From positions 1,440,001 through 1,504,000 of the forward strand of contig CBDAOB010000005.1 of NCBI GenBank assembly GCA_965197905.1: DNA of 64,000 bases. Direction: 5' to 3'. Shown here piece by piece: positions 10,205-19,714 of this stretch. The position numbers and the translations under genes are program-made. The DNA is from Candidatus Latescibacterota bacterium (lineage in GTDB: Bacteria; Latescibacterota; UBA2968; UBA8231). How positions within the stretch are numbered: the first letter of the stretch is position 1; each line of letters opens with the position of its first letter. A model generated the notes under the pieces. That model was not told the origin of the DNA. It saw nothing but the letters and a program-made list of their open reading frames with translations, and did not search any database.

Positions 10205-10298
10205 GCCCCTGGGGGCGGGTCGGATCTTGGGGAGTGAGGGTTCGGAGACCGCGTGTGGCAGATTCTTTTTCGTGCAAAATGACGGGTGGGGGGGGTCG
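10205..10298 (+). other. cos-like packaging region
   Basis: GGGGGCGGGTCGGATC...GAGACCGCG...TTTTTCGTGCAAAAT...G-run, resembling cos regions of HK97-type phages. Confidence 0.45.
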
Positions 10299-10652
10299 AT
10301 GCCGCAACGACCGCCGCGGCCGTGCCGCAAGCCGGGCTGCAAAAACCTGAGCGTGGACCTCGGCGGCTGTTGCCCCGAACACGCCGCCTGGGTGGATGAG
10401 ACGCACGTCCAAGCTCGCCACGCCCGGGACCGAGGGCGGGGCAGTGCGGCCCAACGGGGCTACGGCGCACCCTGGCAGCGTATCCGGCGGCAGACGCTGC
10501 GGCGCGAGCCGCTGTGCGCCCTCTGCGGCCGGGCCGCCGATGTGGTGCACCACCGGGACGAGGACCCCGACAACCACGCCGAGAACAATCTGATGAGCCT
10601 GTGCCGTGCCTGCCACGAGCGCCTGCACGGCCGGCTACGGGGACCGCGATGA
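10299..10652 (+). CDS. Phage HNH endonuclease (terminase-associated)
   Basis: MPQRPPRPCRKPGC, RGSAAQRGYG, EPLCALC..VVHH..NLMSLCRACH. Confidence 0.9.
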   Translation: MPQRPPRPCRKPGCKNLSVDLGGCCPEHAAWVDETHVQARHARDRGRGSAAQRGYGAPWQRIRRQTLRREPLCALCGRAADVVHHRDEDPDNHAENNLMSLCRACHERLHGRLRGPR

Positions 10653-11836
10653 TGAACCGGTTGAAAACAGCATCCTGGCGGCTCGACAAGCTCGCGCCCT
10701 ACGCCCGCAACCCGCGCGACAACGACCAGCAGATCGCACGCATGGCGGCGGCCATTCGGGAGTTCGGCTTCCGCATCCCCATCGTGGCGCGCTCCGATGG
10801 TACCGTCGTTGACGGCCACCTGCGGCTCAAGGCGGCGCGACAGCTCGGACTGGCCGAGGTGCCCGTGGTGTTGGCCGACGAGTTGAGCGACGCCCAGGTG
10901 AAAGCCTTTCGACTGTTGGCCAACCGTTCGGCGACCTGGGCGGCGTGGGACGAGGATCTCTTGACCCTCGAGCTGGAAGAGCTGCAAGCGATGGCCTACG
11001 ACGTGAGCCACACGGGCTTTGATGCCGCCGAGATCGACGCCCTGCTGGCCGAGCCCACGTCCAAGGGGTTAACCGATCCGGACGAGGTGCCCGAGCCGCC
11101 GGCCGAGCCGATCACGAAGCGGGGCGACGTGCGGGTGTTGGGCCGGCATCGGCTGATGTGCGGCGACAGCACCCAAGCCGACGATGTCCAGCACCTCCTG
11201 GGCGCGGCCCGTCCGCACCTGATGGTCACCGATCCGCCCTACGGTGTCGCCTACGACCCGGCCTGGCGCAACCGGGCGCTGGCCGGGAAGAACACCCGGC
11301 GCACCGGCCGGGTGCTCAATGATGATCGTGCCGACTGGCGCGAGGCCTGGGCGCTGTTTCCGGGTGATGTAGCCTACGTCTGGCACGGCGCCCTGCACGC
11401 CGTCACCGTGGCCGAGAGTTTGACCGCCTGCGGCTTTGAAATCCGCGCCCAGATCATCTGGGTCAAGGAGCGGCTGGTGCTCTCGCGAGGCCACTATCAC
11501 TGGATGCACGAGCCCTGCTGGTACGCCGTCAAGGGAAAGGCCCACTGGCAGGGCGGCCGCAAGCAGGTCACCGTGTGGCCGATCCCGTCGAAAGACCAGG
11601 ATGCCGCCACGACCCACGGCGCCCAGAAGCCGGTCCAATGCATGCAGCGGCCGATCGAGAATCACTCGAGCCCCGGCCAAGCGGTCTACGAGCCGTTTGC
11701 GGGGTCGGGCACGACGCTGATCGCCGCCGAGATCACGGGCCGGGCCTGCCTGGCCATGGAACTGGATCCGACCTACGTGGACGTGGCCCTCGGGCGCTGG
11801 GAAGCCTTCACCGGGCAGAAAGCGGAGGCGGCGTAA
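10649..11836 (+). CDS. ParB-like N-domain fused to N6/N4 DNA methyltransferase
   Basis: PYARNPR..EFGFRIP..DGHLRLKAA; DPPY; EPFAGSGTT. Confidence 0.92.
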   Translation: MMNRLKTASWRLDKLAPYARNPRDNDQQIARMAAAIREFGFRIPIVARSDGTVVDGHLRLKAARQLGLAEVPVVLADELSDAQVKAFRLLANRSATWAAWDEDLLTLELEELQAMAYDVSHTGFDAAEIDALLAEPTSKGLTDPDEVPEPPAEPITKRGDVRVLGRHRLMCGDSTQADDVQHLLGAARPHLMVTDPPYGVAYDPAWRNRALAGKNTRRTGRVLNDDRADWREAWALFPGDVAYVWHGALHAVTVAESLTACGFEIRAQIIWVKERLVLSRGHYHWMHEPCWYAVKGKAHWQGGRKQVTVWPIPSKDQDAATTHGAQKPVQCMQRPIENHSSPGQAVYEPFAGSGTTLIAAEITGRACLAMELDPTYVDVALGRWEAFTGQKAEAA

Positions 11837-11839
11837 GCG

Positions 11840-12298
11840 ATGACCGGCCGCAAGCCTTTACCCACCCGGCTCAAGGTGCTCAAAGGGACGGCGCAGCCCT
11901 GCCGCACGAATCCGCGGGAGCCCCGCCCGGAGGTCGTCGAACTCGCTCCGCCCGAATACCTGGGAAAAACCGCCCGGGCGGAGTGGCAGCGCAAAACCGA
12001 GGTGCTGGCGCGGATGGGGGTGCTGACTCGAGGCGACGACGCGGCCCTGGCCGCCTATTGCCAGGCCTTCGAGCGCTTCGTCGAGGCCGAGGGCAAGCTG
12101 CGCCAATCGGGGTTGTTGATCAAGACCACCGGCGGCAACGTGATCCAAAACCCGCTGGTGGGCATCGCCAACCGCGCCATGGAGCTGATGCACAAGTTTT
12201 TGGGCGAGTTCGGTCTCACCCCGTCGAGCCGCACGCGCCTCCAGGCGCCGCCAGCGCACACAGACCCTTCCGAGTGGGTGGGGTTCGGGAGCGGTTGA
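11840..12298 (+). CDS. terS: Terminase small subunit, P27 family
   Basis: GRKPLPTRLKVLKG...QNPLVGIA...EFGLTPSSRTRL. Confidence 0.92.
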   Translation: MTGRKPLPTRLKVLKGTAQPCRTNPREPRPEVVELAPPEYLGKTARAEWQRKTEVLARMGVLTRGDDAALAAYCQAFERFVEAEGKLRQSGLLIKTTGGNVIQNPLVGIANRAMELMHKFLGEFGLTPSSRTRLQAPPAHTDPSEWVGFGSG

Positions 12299-12299
12299 G

Positions 12300-13964
12300 A
12301 TGGCCGCCACGCCCTTCGCCACCAGCGCCAACCGCTACGCCCGCCAGGTCGTGGGCGGCCAGATCGCCGCCTGCCGCTATGTGCGCCTGGCCTGCCAACG
12401 ACACCTGGACGATCTGGAACGGTCCAAGGGCAAAGACTACCCCTACCGCTGGCGGCGGGAGGCGGCGAATCGGATCTGCCGCTTCGCATCCAACATGGTG
12501 CACGTCAAGGGCCGGGCCTGGGCGGGCCGGAAACTCACCCTTGAGCCCTGGCAATGTTTCCTGTTGGCCAGCGCCTTCGGCTGGGTGCGCAAGGCCGACG
12601 GGAGGCGCCGCTTCCGCCGGCTCTACGCCGAGATTCCCCGCAAATCCGGCAAGTCCATGCTCGGCGCCACCATCGGCCTGTACCTGTTCGCCGCCGACGG
12701 TGAGCCGGGCGCCGAGGTCTATGCCGGGGCCACCAGCGAAAAACAGGCCTGGGAGGTGTTTGGCCCGGCGCGGCAGATGTGTCTGAAAAACCCCGCCTTC
12801 ACCGCCCACTTCGGCATCCACGTCGGCGCCGGCAACCTCCACATCCTCACAAGCGCCAGCCGGTTCGAGCCCGTCATCGGCAAGCCCGGCGACGGGGCCT
12901 CGCCCCATGGCGCCATCGTGGACGAGTACCACGAGCACCCCACGCCCGACCTCTACGACACCATGCTCACCGGCATGGCGGCGCGCGCCCAGCCGATGCT
13001 GGCCGTCCTCACCACCGCCGGCATCGACACCGCCGGGCCCTGCTACGCCCAACGCGACGAGGCCGTGAAGGTGCTCGACGGGGGGCTCGACAACGACCGG
13101 CTCTTCGCCGTCATCTACACGCTGGACGAGGACGACGACTGGACCGACTGGCGCGTCTGGGAGAAGGCCAACCCCAACCTGGGCGTCTCCGTCTACCCGG
13201 ACTTCCTGCGCGCGCGGCGCCAGGAGGCGCTGCAGATCGCCTCGCGGCAGAACGTCCTCAAGGGCAAGCACCTCAACATCTGGGCCCACGCCGGGGCGGC
13301 CTGGATCAACATGAGCCAATGGCATGCCTGCCGGACCGACGTGGGCCTCGACGACTTCGCCGGCGAGGCGTGCTGGCTCGGCGTGGACCTGGCCTCGAAG
13401 GTCGATCTGACGGCCCTGGCGCTGCTGTTCCGGCGCGGCGAGGACATCTATCTCTTCGCCCGCCATTACCTGCCCGAGGACACGGTCCAGCGGCCCGAGA
13501 ACGCCCACTACCAGCGCTGGGTGGCCGAGGGCCATCTCACCGCCACGCCCGGGGCGCGGACCGACTACCGCTACCTGATGGACGACCTCTTGGCCTTCGC
13601 CGAACGCTTCCGCGTCCAGGAACTGGCCTACGACCCGCGCGAGGCGGAGCTGTTGATGCAGCAGGTCCGCGAGCAGGTGGCCTTCCCCTGCATCGAGATC
13701 AACCAGGCGCCGGTCTTCATCTCCGAGCCCATGAAGGAGTTCGAGGCGCTCTATCTGTCCGGCCAGCTGCGCCACGACGGCGACCCGCTGCTGGCCTGGC
13801 AGGCCGGCAACGTGGTGCTGCGCTCCACCAAGACCAAGGCCTACTACCCGGGCAAGGAACGGCCCGACAACAAGATCGACGGCATCGTCGCCGCCCTCAT
13901 GGCGCTGTCCCGCGCCCTGCTGCACACCAACGCCCCCGTCATCGCCTTGGAGGTCTGGGACTGA
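12300..13964 (+). CDS. terL: Terminase large subunit
   Basis: LEPWQ, EIPRKSGKS, AIVDEYH, GVDLAS, KIDGIVA. Confidence 0.95.
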   Translation: MAATPFATSANRYARQVVGGQIAACRYVRLACQRHLDDLERSKGKDYPYRWRREAANRICRFASNMVHVKGRAWAGRKLTLEPWQCFLLASAFGWVRKADGRRRFRRLYAEIPRKSGKSMLGATIGLYLFAADGEPGAEVYAGATSEKQAWEVFGPARQMCLKNPAFTAHFGIHVGAGNLHILTSASRFEPVIGKPGDGASPHGAIVDEYHEHPTPDLYDTMLTGMAARAQPMLAVLTTAGIDTAGPCYAQRDEAVKVLDGGLDNDRLFAVIYTLDEDDDWTDWRVWEKANPNLGVSVYPDFLRARRQEALQIASRQNVLKGKHLNIWAHAGAAWINMSQWHACRTDVGLDDFAGEACWLGVDLASKVDLTALALLFRRGEDIYLFARHYLPEDTVQRPENAHYQRWVAEGHLTATPGARTDYRYLMDDLLAFAERFRVQELAYDPREAELLMQQVREQVAFPCIEINQAPVFISEPMKEFEALYLSGQLRHDGDPLLAWQAGNVVLRSTKTKAYYPGKERPDNKIDGIVAALMALSRALLHTNAPVIALEVWD

Positions 13965-15223
13965 TGGGCGTTATGTCCTGGCTCCAGGGCCCCTGGCTGC
14001 AGGGCCGCAAGTTCGCCTCCCGTCGGACCTTGGAGGACCTGTTCGGCGTCTTCGCCGCGCCCGCCAAGAGCGGCGTGGCCGTGACTTGGCAGACGGCGCT
14101 CGAGGCCACCACGGTCCTGGCCTGCGCCCGCGTCGTCGCCGAGGGCTTGGCGCAGGTGCCGCTGAAGCTCTTCCGCGCCCGCGACGGGGGCCGCGTCCCG
14201 GCCTCCGACCATCCGCTGTATCAGCTGCTGGAGGAGGCGCCCAACGAATGGCAGACCCCGTTCGAGTTCATCGAGCAGATCGTCCTGCACCTGGTCTTGT
14301 GCGGCAACGCCTTTGTCTTCGTCAACCGCAGCCTGGGACCCATCGCCGAACTGCTCCCCTACGAGCCGCAGCGGGTGAGCGTCCACCGCAACGGCTATGC
14401 TCTCACCTACGAGATCGCTATCGGCGACGGCCCAACCATCCGCGTCCCGGGCGCCGAGATGTGGCATCTGCGCGGACCCTCCTGGAACGGCTGGATGGGC
14501 CTGGAGGGCGTCAAGCTGGCCCGCGAGGCCATCGGCTTGTCCTTGGCCACCGAGGAACACGGCGCCCGGCTGTTTGCCAACGGCGCCGTCGTGGGCGGCA
14601 TCCTGTCGGCCGACCAGGTGCTCAACGAGGAGCAGCGCACGGCCCTGCGCGCCTCCTGGGAGGCCCGCCACGCCGGACCGGCCAACGCCTTCAAGACCGC
14701 CGTGCTGTGGGGCGGCATGAGATTCACCTCCATGACCGCGCCCAACGACCAGGCGCAGTTCCTCGAGACCCGCAAATTCCAGGTCGAGGAGATCTGCCGC
14801 GCCTTCCGCGTGCTCCCCCTCATGGTCGGCTACGCCGACAAGACCGCCACCTACGCCAGCGCCGAGCAGATGTTCCTGGCCCACGTCGTCCATACCCTGG
14901 GACCCTGGTGCCGCCGCCTCGAAACCGGCATCGCCAAACACCTGCTCACCGACGAGGAACGACGCGAGGGCCTCTACGCCAAGTTCATGCTCAACGGCCT
15001 GCTGCGCGGCGCCGCCAAGGACCGCGCCGAGTTCTATGCCCGCCTCTACGGCATCGGCGCCCTCAACCCCAACGAGATTCGCCAGCTCGAGGACCTCAAC
15101 CCCTACGACGGCGGCGCGCGCTACCGCGTGCCCCTCAACATGACGGATCCGGCCGCTGCCGAACACAACGATGACGCGGCCACCCGTGACCCGGAGGCGG
15201 CCCATGCAGCGTCTGACCTGTAG
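13964..15223 (+). CDS. HK97-family portal protein
   Basis: ATG overlaps terL stop; PNEWQTPFEF, GNAF, QFLETRKFQVEEICRAFRV, NEIRQLEDL. Confidence 0.93.
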   Translation: MGVMSWLQGPWLQGRKFASRRTLEDLFGVFAAPAKSGVAVTWQTALEATTVLACARVVAEGLAQVPLKLFRARDGGRVPASDHPLYQLLEEAPNEWQTPFEFIEQIVLHLVLCGNAFVFVNRSLGPIAELLPYEPQRVSVHRNGYALTYEIAIGDGPTIRVPGAEMWHLRGPSWNGWMGLEGVKLAREAIGLSLATEEHGARLFANGAVVGGILSADQVLNEEQRTALRASWEARHAGPANAFKTAVLWGGMRFTSMTAPNDQAQFLETRKFQVEEICRAFRVLPLMVGYADKTATYASAEQMFLAHVVHTLGPWCRRLETGIAKHLLTDEERREGLYAKFMLNGLLRGAAKDRAEFYARLYGIGALNPNEIRQLEDLNPYDGGARYRVPLNMTDPAAAEHNDDAATRDPEAAHAASDL

Positions 15224-15803
15224 CCTGCGCGAGCTCAAGTGCGCGTCCGGGGAGACCGACGCCGACCGCATGACGTTTGCCGGTTATGGCGCCGTGTTCG
15301 GCAACGTCGACGCCGACGGCGACGTCATCCTGCCCGGCGCCTTCCAGCACAGCCTCGCACAGGCTCAAGCGGGCCACACGCCCTGGCCCGTCATGCTCCT
15401 GCAGCACGGCGGCGGCCGGCTCGACGCCGGCGACCTCACCCCCATCGGCGTCTGGACGGACTTGAGAGAAGACGAGGTCGGCCTGCGCGTGAGCGGCACC
15501 CTCGCCGACACGACGCGGGGACGCGAGGTCTACACCCTGATGAAGATGGCGCCCCGGCCCGCCATCGACGGGCTCTCCATCGGCTATGTGGCCCGGGAGT
15601 GGGAATCGAGTAGGACACCGGACCCGCCCCGCCGCCGCCTCACCCGCCTCGACCTCATCGAGATCAGCCCCGTGACCTTTCCCGCTAACGCCCGAGCGCG
15701 GGTGGATCAGGTCAAGGGCAGCTGCGAGCGCGAGGCGATCAAGTCCCTCGCCGCCTTGCTGCGGCGCAACATCACTTCCATCAAAACAGCCACCCGGAGG
15801 TAA
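15204..15803 (+). CDS. HK97-family prohead protease
   Basis: FAGYGAVFGNVD, LLQH, GLSIGY, LIEISPVTFPAN. Confidence 0.92.
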   Translation: MQRLTCSLRELKCASGETDADRMTFAGYGAVFGNVDADGDVILPGAFQHSLAQAQAGHTPWPVMLLQHGGGRLDAGDLTPIGVWTDLREDEVGLRVSGTLADTTRGREVYTLMKMAPRPAIDGLSIGYVAREWESSRTPDPPRRRLTRLDLIEISPVTFPANARARVDQVKGSCEREAIKSLAALLRRNITSIKTATRR

Positions 15804-15806
15804 CCC

Positions 15807-17011
15807 ATGGACGAGATCAAACAGCTGCTCGACGAGCAGCACCAGGCCTTCGAGGCCTTCAAACAGACCAATGACGAACGCCTCAAGGCCATCGAGCAAA
15901 ACGGACACGCCCCGGCGGAGCTGGAGGCTAAGGTCGACACCATCAACGACGAGTTGACCCGCCTGAGCCAAGACCTGGCCTCGGTCGCCAAGAAGGCCAA
16001 CCGACCCGGCGCCGGCGCCGGCGCCGACGGCCCGTCGCCCTCGAGCACACCCAGGCGCTCGGCCGCTACTTGCGCAAGGGCGAGGACCGCGACCTGACCG
16101 GCCTCCAGCGCAAGGCCATGGCCACCTACAGCGACCCGGACGGCGGCTACTTCCTCACCGAGGAGATGGCCTCTACTATCGAACGCACCGCCACCTCCAT
16201 GGCGGCCCTCTCCAGTCTGGCCCAGACCCTTGCGGGCAACGCCGCCGTCTACAAAAAGCCCGTGCGCACCGCCGGCCTCTCCTACGCCTGGCGCGGCGAG
16301 GGCGACAGCCCCGCCGCCACCTCCACGCCCACCTTCAGCCTGCTCACCTTCGAGGCCCGCGAAGTCGACGCCTTCCCCGAGGTCACCAACGAAAGCCTCG
16401 AGGACCTGGGGTTTGACGTCGAAGCCTTCCTCACCGACGAGGTCGCCCTGGCCTTCGCCCACGCCGAGGCCGACGCCTTCCTCACCGGCGACGGCCTCGC
16501 CCGGCCCCGTGGCCTGCTCACCTACGATGCCGTGACCAACGCCAAATACGCGTGGGGGAACATCGGCTACGTCGCCTCCGGCGCAAGCGGCGCCTTCGCC
16601 GCCTCCAACCCCAGCGACACCCTCATCGACCTCGTCCATGCCCTCAAGGCCCAATACCGTGCCGCCGGCGCCTTCCTCATGAACGACCTGACCCTGGCCG
16701 CCATCCGCAAGTTTAAGGACGGCCAGGGCAACTATCTCTGGCAGCCGGGACTCCAAGCCGGCGTCGCCGGCCTGCTCCTGGGCTATCCCGTGCGCACCGA
16801 TGACGCCATGCCCGACGTCGCCGCCGCCAGCCTCGCCATCGCCTTCGGCGACTTCCGCCGCGCCTACCTCGTCTACCGCCGCCGCGGCCTGCGACTCATC
16901 CGCGACAACATCACCCACAAGGGCTTCACCGCCTTCTGGGTCACCCAGCGCCTCGGCGGCGGTGTGCAGAACTTCGAGGCCGTCAAGCTCATGAAGTTTG
17001 CCGCCAGCTAA
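15807..17011 (+). CDS. HK97-fold major capsid protein (one frameshift near 16030)
   Basis: Coiled-coil delta domain (15807 ORF) then DGGY, FLTGDG..RPRGLL, KDGQGNYLWQP, IAFGDF, RLGGGV (16070 ORF). Confidence 0.88.
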
Positions 17012-17023
17012 AGGAGACCGACC

Positions 17024-17467
17024 ATGACCCGTGATCTCTACAGCAACCTCAACGCCACCCAAATCCTGGCCCCGGCCGTCTACGATGCCGACAAGAACGC
17101 CGCGGCCGTCGACCTGCAAGGCTTCGGCGCCTGCCTGCTCCTGGTCACCGTCGCCGCCGCCGGCGCCACCCTGTCCAAAACCGTCAAGATCGAACTGGAG
17201 GTCGAGGAAACCGACGATAAGGACCACGGAACCTGGACCGACGTGGACGACGCCCACCTGGCGCACGCCGTGACCGGTACCAACGACGGCTGCTTCGCCG
17301 TCATCGCCGATGCGGACGACGACAACACGGTCTACGTCACCCAATACCGCGGCCACCAACGCTACTGCCGCGTCGTGGTCAACCTCAGCGGCGCCCACGC
17401 CACCGGCACGCCCCTCGGCGTTCTCGCCCTGCGCGGCCACGCCCAGGTGGCGCCGGTCAACGCGTAA
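17024..17467 (+). CDS. Phage protein after capsid (possible head decoration)
   Basis: AAGGAG RBS; beta-rich, AVDLQGF..RYCRVVV; position. Confidence 0.65.
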   Translation: MTRDLYSNLNATQILAPAVYDADKNAAAVDLQGFGACLLLVTVAAAGATLSKTVKIELEVEETDDKDHGTWTDVDDAHLAHAVTGTNDGCFAVIADADDDNTVYVTQYRGHQRYCRVVVNLSGAHATGTPLGVLALRGHAQVAPVNA

Positions 17468-17471
17468 GCGC

Positions 17472-18070
17472 ATGCCCGGACGGCTGCGACTGATCACCGC
17501 GCCGGCCATCGAGCCGGTCACGCTCGAGCACGCCAAGCTCCACGCCCGCATCGACCATGACCTCGAGGACGACCTGCTGGCCACCTTCATCGCCGCCGCC
17601 CGCCAGCACGGGGAACACTTGACCGCACGGCAGTTCGTCGAAGCCGAGTTCGAGCTGCTCCTGGAGGCGTTCCCCCAAGGCAACGGACCCATCGCCTTGC
17701 CCCGGCCGCCGCTCCAGGCCGTCGAGGCGGTCGCCTACGTGGACTTCGACGGCGAGGAACAGACCCTGGCCGCCGCGAACTACCGCGTGGATGCCGCCGG
17801 GCAGTGCGGTGTGATCTATCCGGTCGAGGCCTTCGCATGGCCTCCCACGCGAGGACAGCCGGGCGCTGTTGCCGTCCGCTTTCAGACCGGCTGGCCCGTC
17901 GTCAACGGCGCCGCCTCCACCCCCGAGGCTATCCAGACCTGGATGCTGGCACGCGTCACCGGCGCCTCTACGAGCAGCGCGAGGCCTTCGCCCTACGGCC
18001 CCTCACCAGGCTGCCACGGGATTTCCTCGACGGGTTGCTCGATCCCTGGTGCGTGGCCCAGGTCGGCTAA
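17472..18070 (+). CDS. Head-tail connector, gp6-like (frameshift near 17963)
   Basis: APAIEPVTLEHAKLHARID..DDLLATFIAAAR; LYEQRE..LLDPW in the shifted frame. Confidence 0.8.
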
Positions 18071-18071
18071 C

Positions 18072-18386
18072 ATGCCCGCCGGACGCTACCGCCACCGCGT
18101 CACCCTCCAGGACGCCGCCATCACGCGGAACGAATACGGCGAGGTCATCCGCACCTGGTACGACCGCGACACCGTCTGGGCCGCCGTCGACACCCTCAAA
18201 GGGGACGAGTACTTCGCCGCCCGCACCCTCCTCAACGCCGTCAGCCACCGCCTCACCCTCCGCTACCGCGCCGACCTCACCCCCCATCACCGCCTCCTGT
18301 TCGAAGGCCGCACCTTCGACATCGAAGCCGTCCTCCCGGACTCCCGCAAGACCCGCCTCATCCTCATGTGCTCCGAGCTCGTCTAA
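18072..18386 (+). CDS. Head closure protein / head-tail adaptor
   Basis: MPAGRYRHRVTLQ..NEYGE..VWAAV..LRYR..GRTFDIEAV. Confidence 0.88.
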   Translation: MPAGRYRHRVTLQDAAITRNEYGEVIRTWYDRDTVWAAVDTLKGDEYFAARTLLNAVSHRLTLRYRADLTPHHRLLFEGRTFDIEAVLPDSRKTRLILMCSELV

Positions 18387-18539
18387 GCACCAGGCCGATC
18401 CGTGACCGGGCCCGGACTCACGGGAACAGACCGTCCGACTTCCTTGCCGGACGCCGGCATCCGATCCAGTCCAGGATCGGGCCGGAACTCCTTCCGGCGC
18501 CTTGAGGCGGACAAGGCGCCGCCGATCTCGATGGCGTTG

Positions 18540-18755
18540 ACCTGCGTAGTGTCCAGGCGTTTCTCGCGGCCTCCGATCCGGCCTTCCTGGACGCGGTCCT
18601 GGACGACGAGCGCGGCTGGCGCGAACTGACCGTTCCCCCCAGGAGCCTGATGGTGTTCCGGCACCGGATGCTGACGGACTTCTCAATCGAGCCGTTCGAG
18701 TTCGTCGCGCAGGGCCAGGCGGCGGAAGAACGCCCCTCCCGAGGAGGCGCCATGA
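18540..18755 (+). pseudogene. Gene remnant, possibly a class II glutamine amidotransferase C-terminus
   Basis: ASDPAFLDAVLDDERGWRELTVPPRSLMVFRH directly upstream of GGCT; family inferred from context. Confidence 0.35.
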
Positions 18756-19307
18756 CGCCGAGAGAGAAGCCGACAGAACCCAGAGAAGCCCCGAAGAAGA
18801 ACACATCCCCCGTACTGAAGCTCTTCGTCTACGGCACGCTCAAGCGCGGCTACTGGAATCACGACGCCTTCTGCCTGGGCGTGCTGGAGGTCCGGGAAGC
18901 GCAGGTGCGGGGCCGGCTCTACGAGGGGCCCGGCTTCCCGGTCATAGAGGTTCCGGACGAGGACATTCTCGCCCATGGGACTGCCGATCGATCCGTTGGC
19001 CGACGTGGCCACACAGGTGCGCCTGTCCGATTGGGTGGGGAAACACACCCCCGACCGGTCCCCGGAAGCGCGACACTGGGCGCCTGGGGCGCCGTGTCCG
19101 GGGAGCTGGTCTCCTTCAACGACCCCGAATCCCGCCTGCCCGCCATCGACCGCCTGGAGGGCTTCCGCCCGGGCGGTTCCAGCCTCTACCGGCGCGTGCT
19201 AAGTTCCGGCGACGGTGAACGAAGTACGCGAGCTCGCCTGGGTCTACACGGTCGAGACGACCGGCATCAAGCGGCGCCGAATCGTCTCCGGCCGCTGGCC
19301 GAAGTAA
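18752..19307 (+). pseudogene. Gamma-glutamylcyclotransferase family protein, frameshifted
   Basis: LFVYGTLKRG, VSGEL, IDRLEG, LYRRV, AWVY spread across frames. Confidence 0.8.
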
Positions 19308-19429
19308 GGTCCGCCCACTCCCCCTAAGAGTCTCCCTTCACGAAAATATCTGTCATTAATTGACAAGAACTGTAATATACATGGCTATTATGAGCTGTCT
19401 TTGGCAAAGATCGTCTTGCGGCTGGAGAG

Positions 19430-19642
19430 GTGTACGGGATGGATGAGAAGCCTGGCGATGTCCTTACCATCGAAGAGCTGTCCACCTACCTGAGAATCCC
19501 GAGGTCAACGCTCTACAAACTGGTCCGTGAAGGCAAGATTCCATCCCAGAAAGTCGGTCGTCATTGGCGATTTCGGAAAGAGGCCATCGACCGGTGGCTG
19601 GAGAACCCCCCTGGCGAAACGAATGACAGTGCATCCGAGTGA
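19430..19642 (+). CDS. Excisionase-family HTH DNA-binding protein (HTH_17)
   Basis: LTIEELSTYLRIPRSTLYKLVREGKIPSQKVGRHWRF. Confidence 0.9.
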   Translation: MYGMDEKPGDVLTIEELSTYLRIPRSTLYKLVREGKIPSQKVGRHWRFRKEAIDRWLENPPGETNDSASE

Positions 19643-19714
19643 CCCGAGAGTGGATGGCCCGAAGAAGCCGATAACGGTTCGGGAGTATCCGCCGTTGAAC
19701 GGAGGACGAGTCTC

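Noticed and set aside
16020..16075. Programmed frameshift in the capsid gene
   Set aside because: No slippery heptamer, and similar indels are scattered through the island
15171..17011. Encapsulin or gene transfer agent
   Set aside because: TerS, TerL, portal, HNH and primase indicate self-packaging; GTA clusters include tail genes
12216..17692. Long reverse-strand ORFs (569, 475 and 661 aa) and the 814-aa version of the portal ORF
   Set aside because: Shadows of very GC-rich phage genes; the real portal starts at 13964
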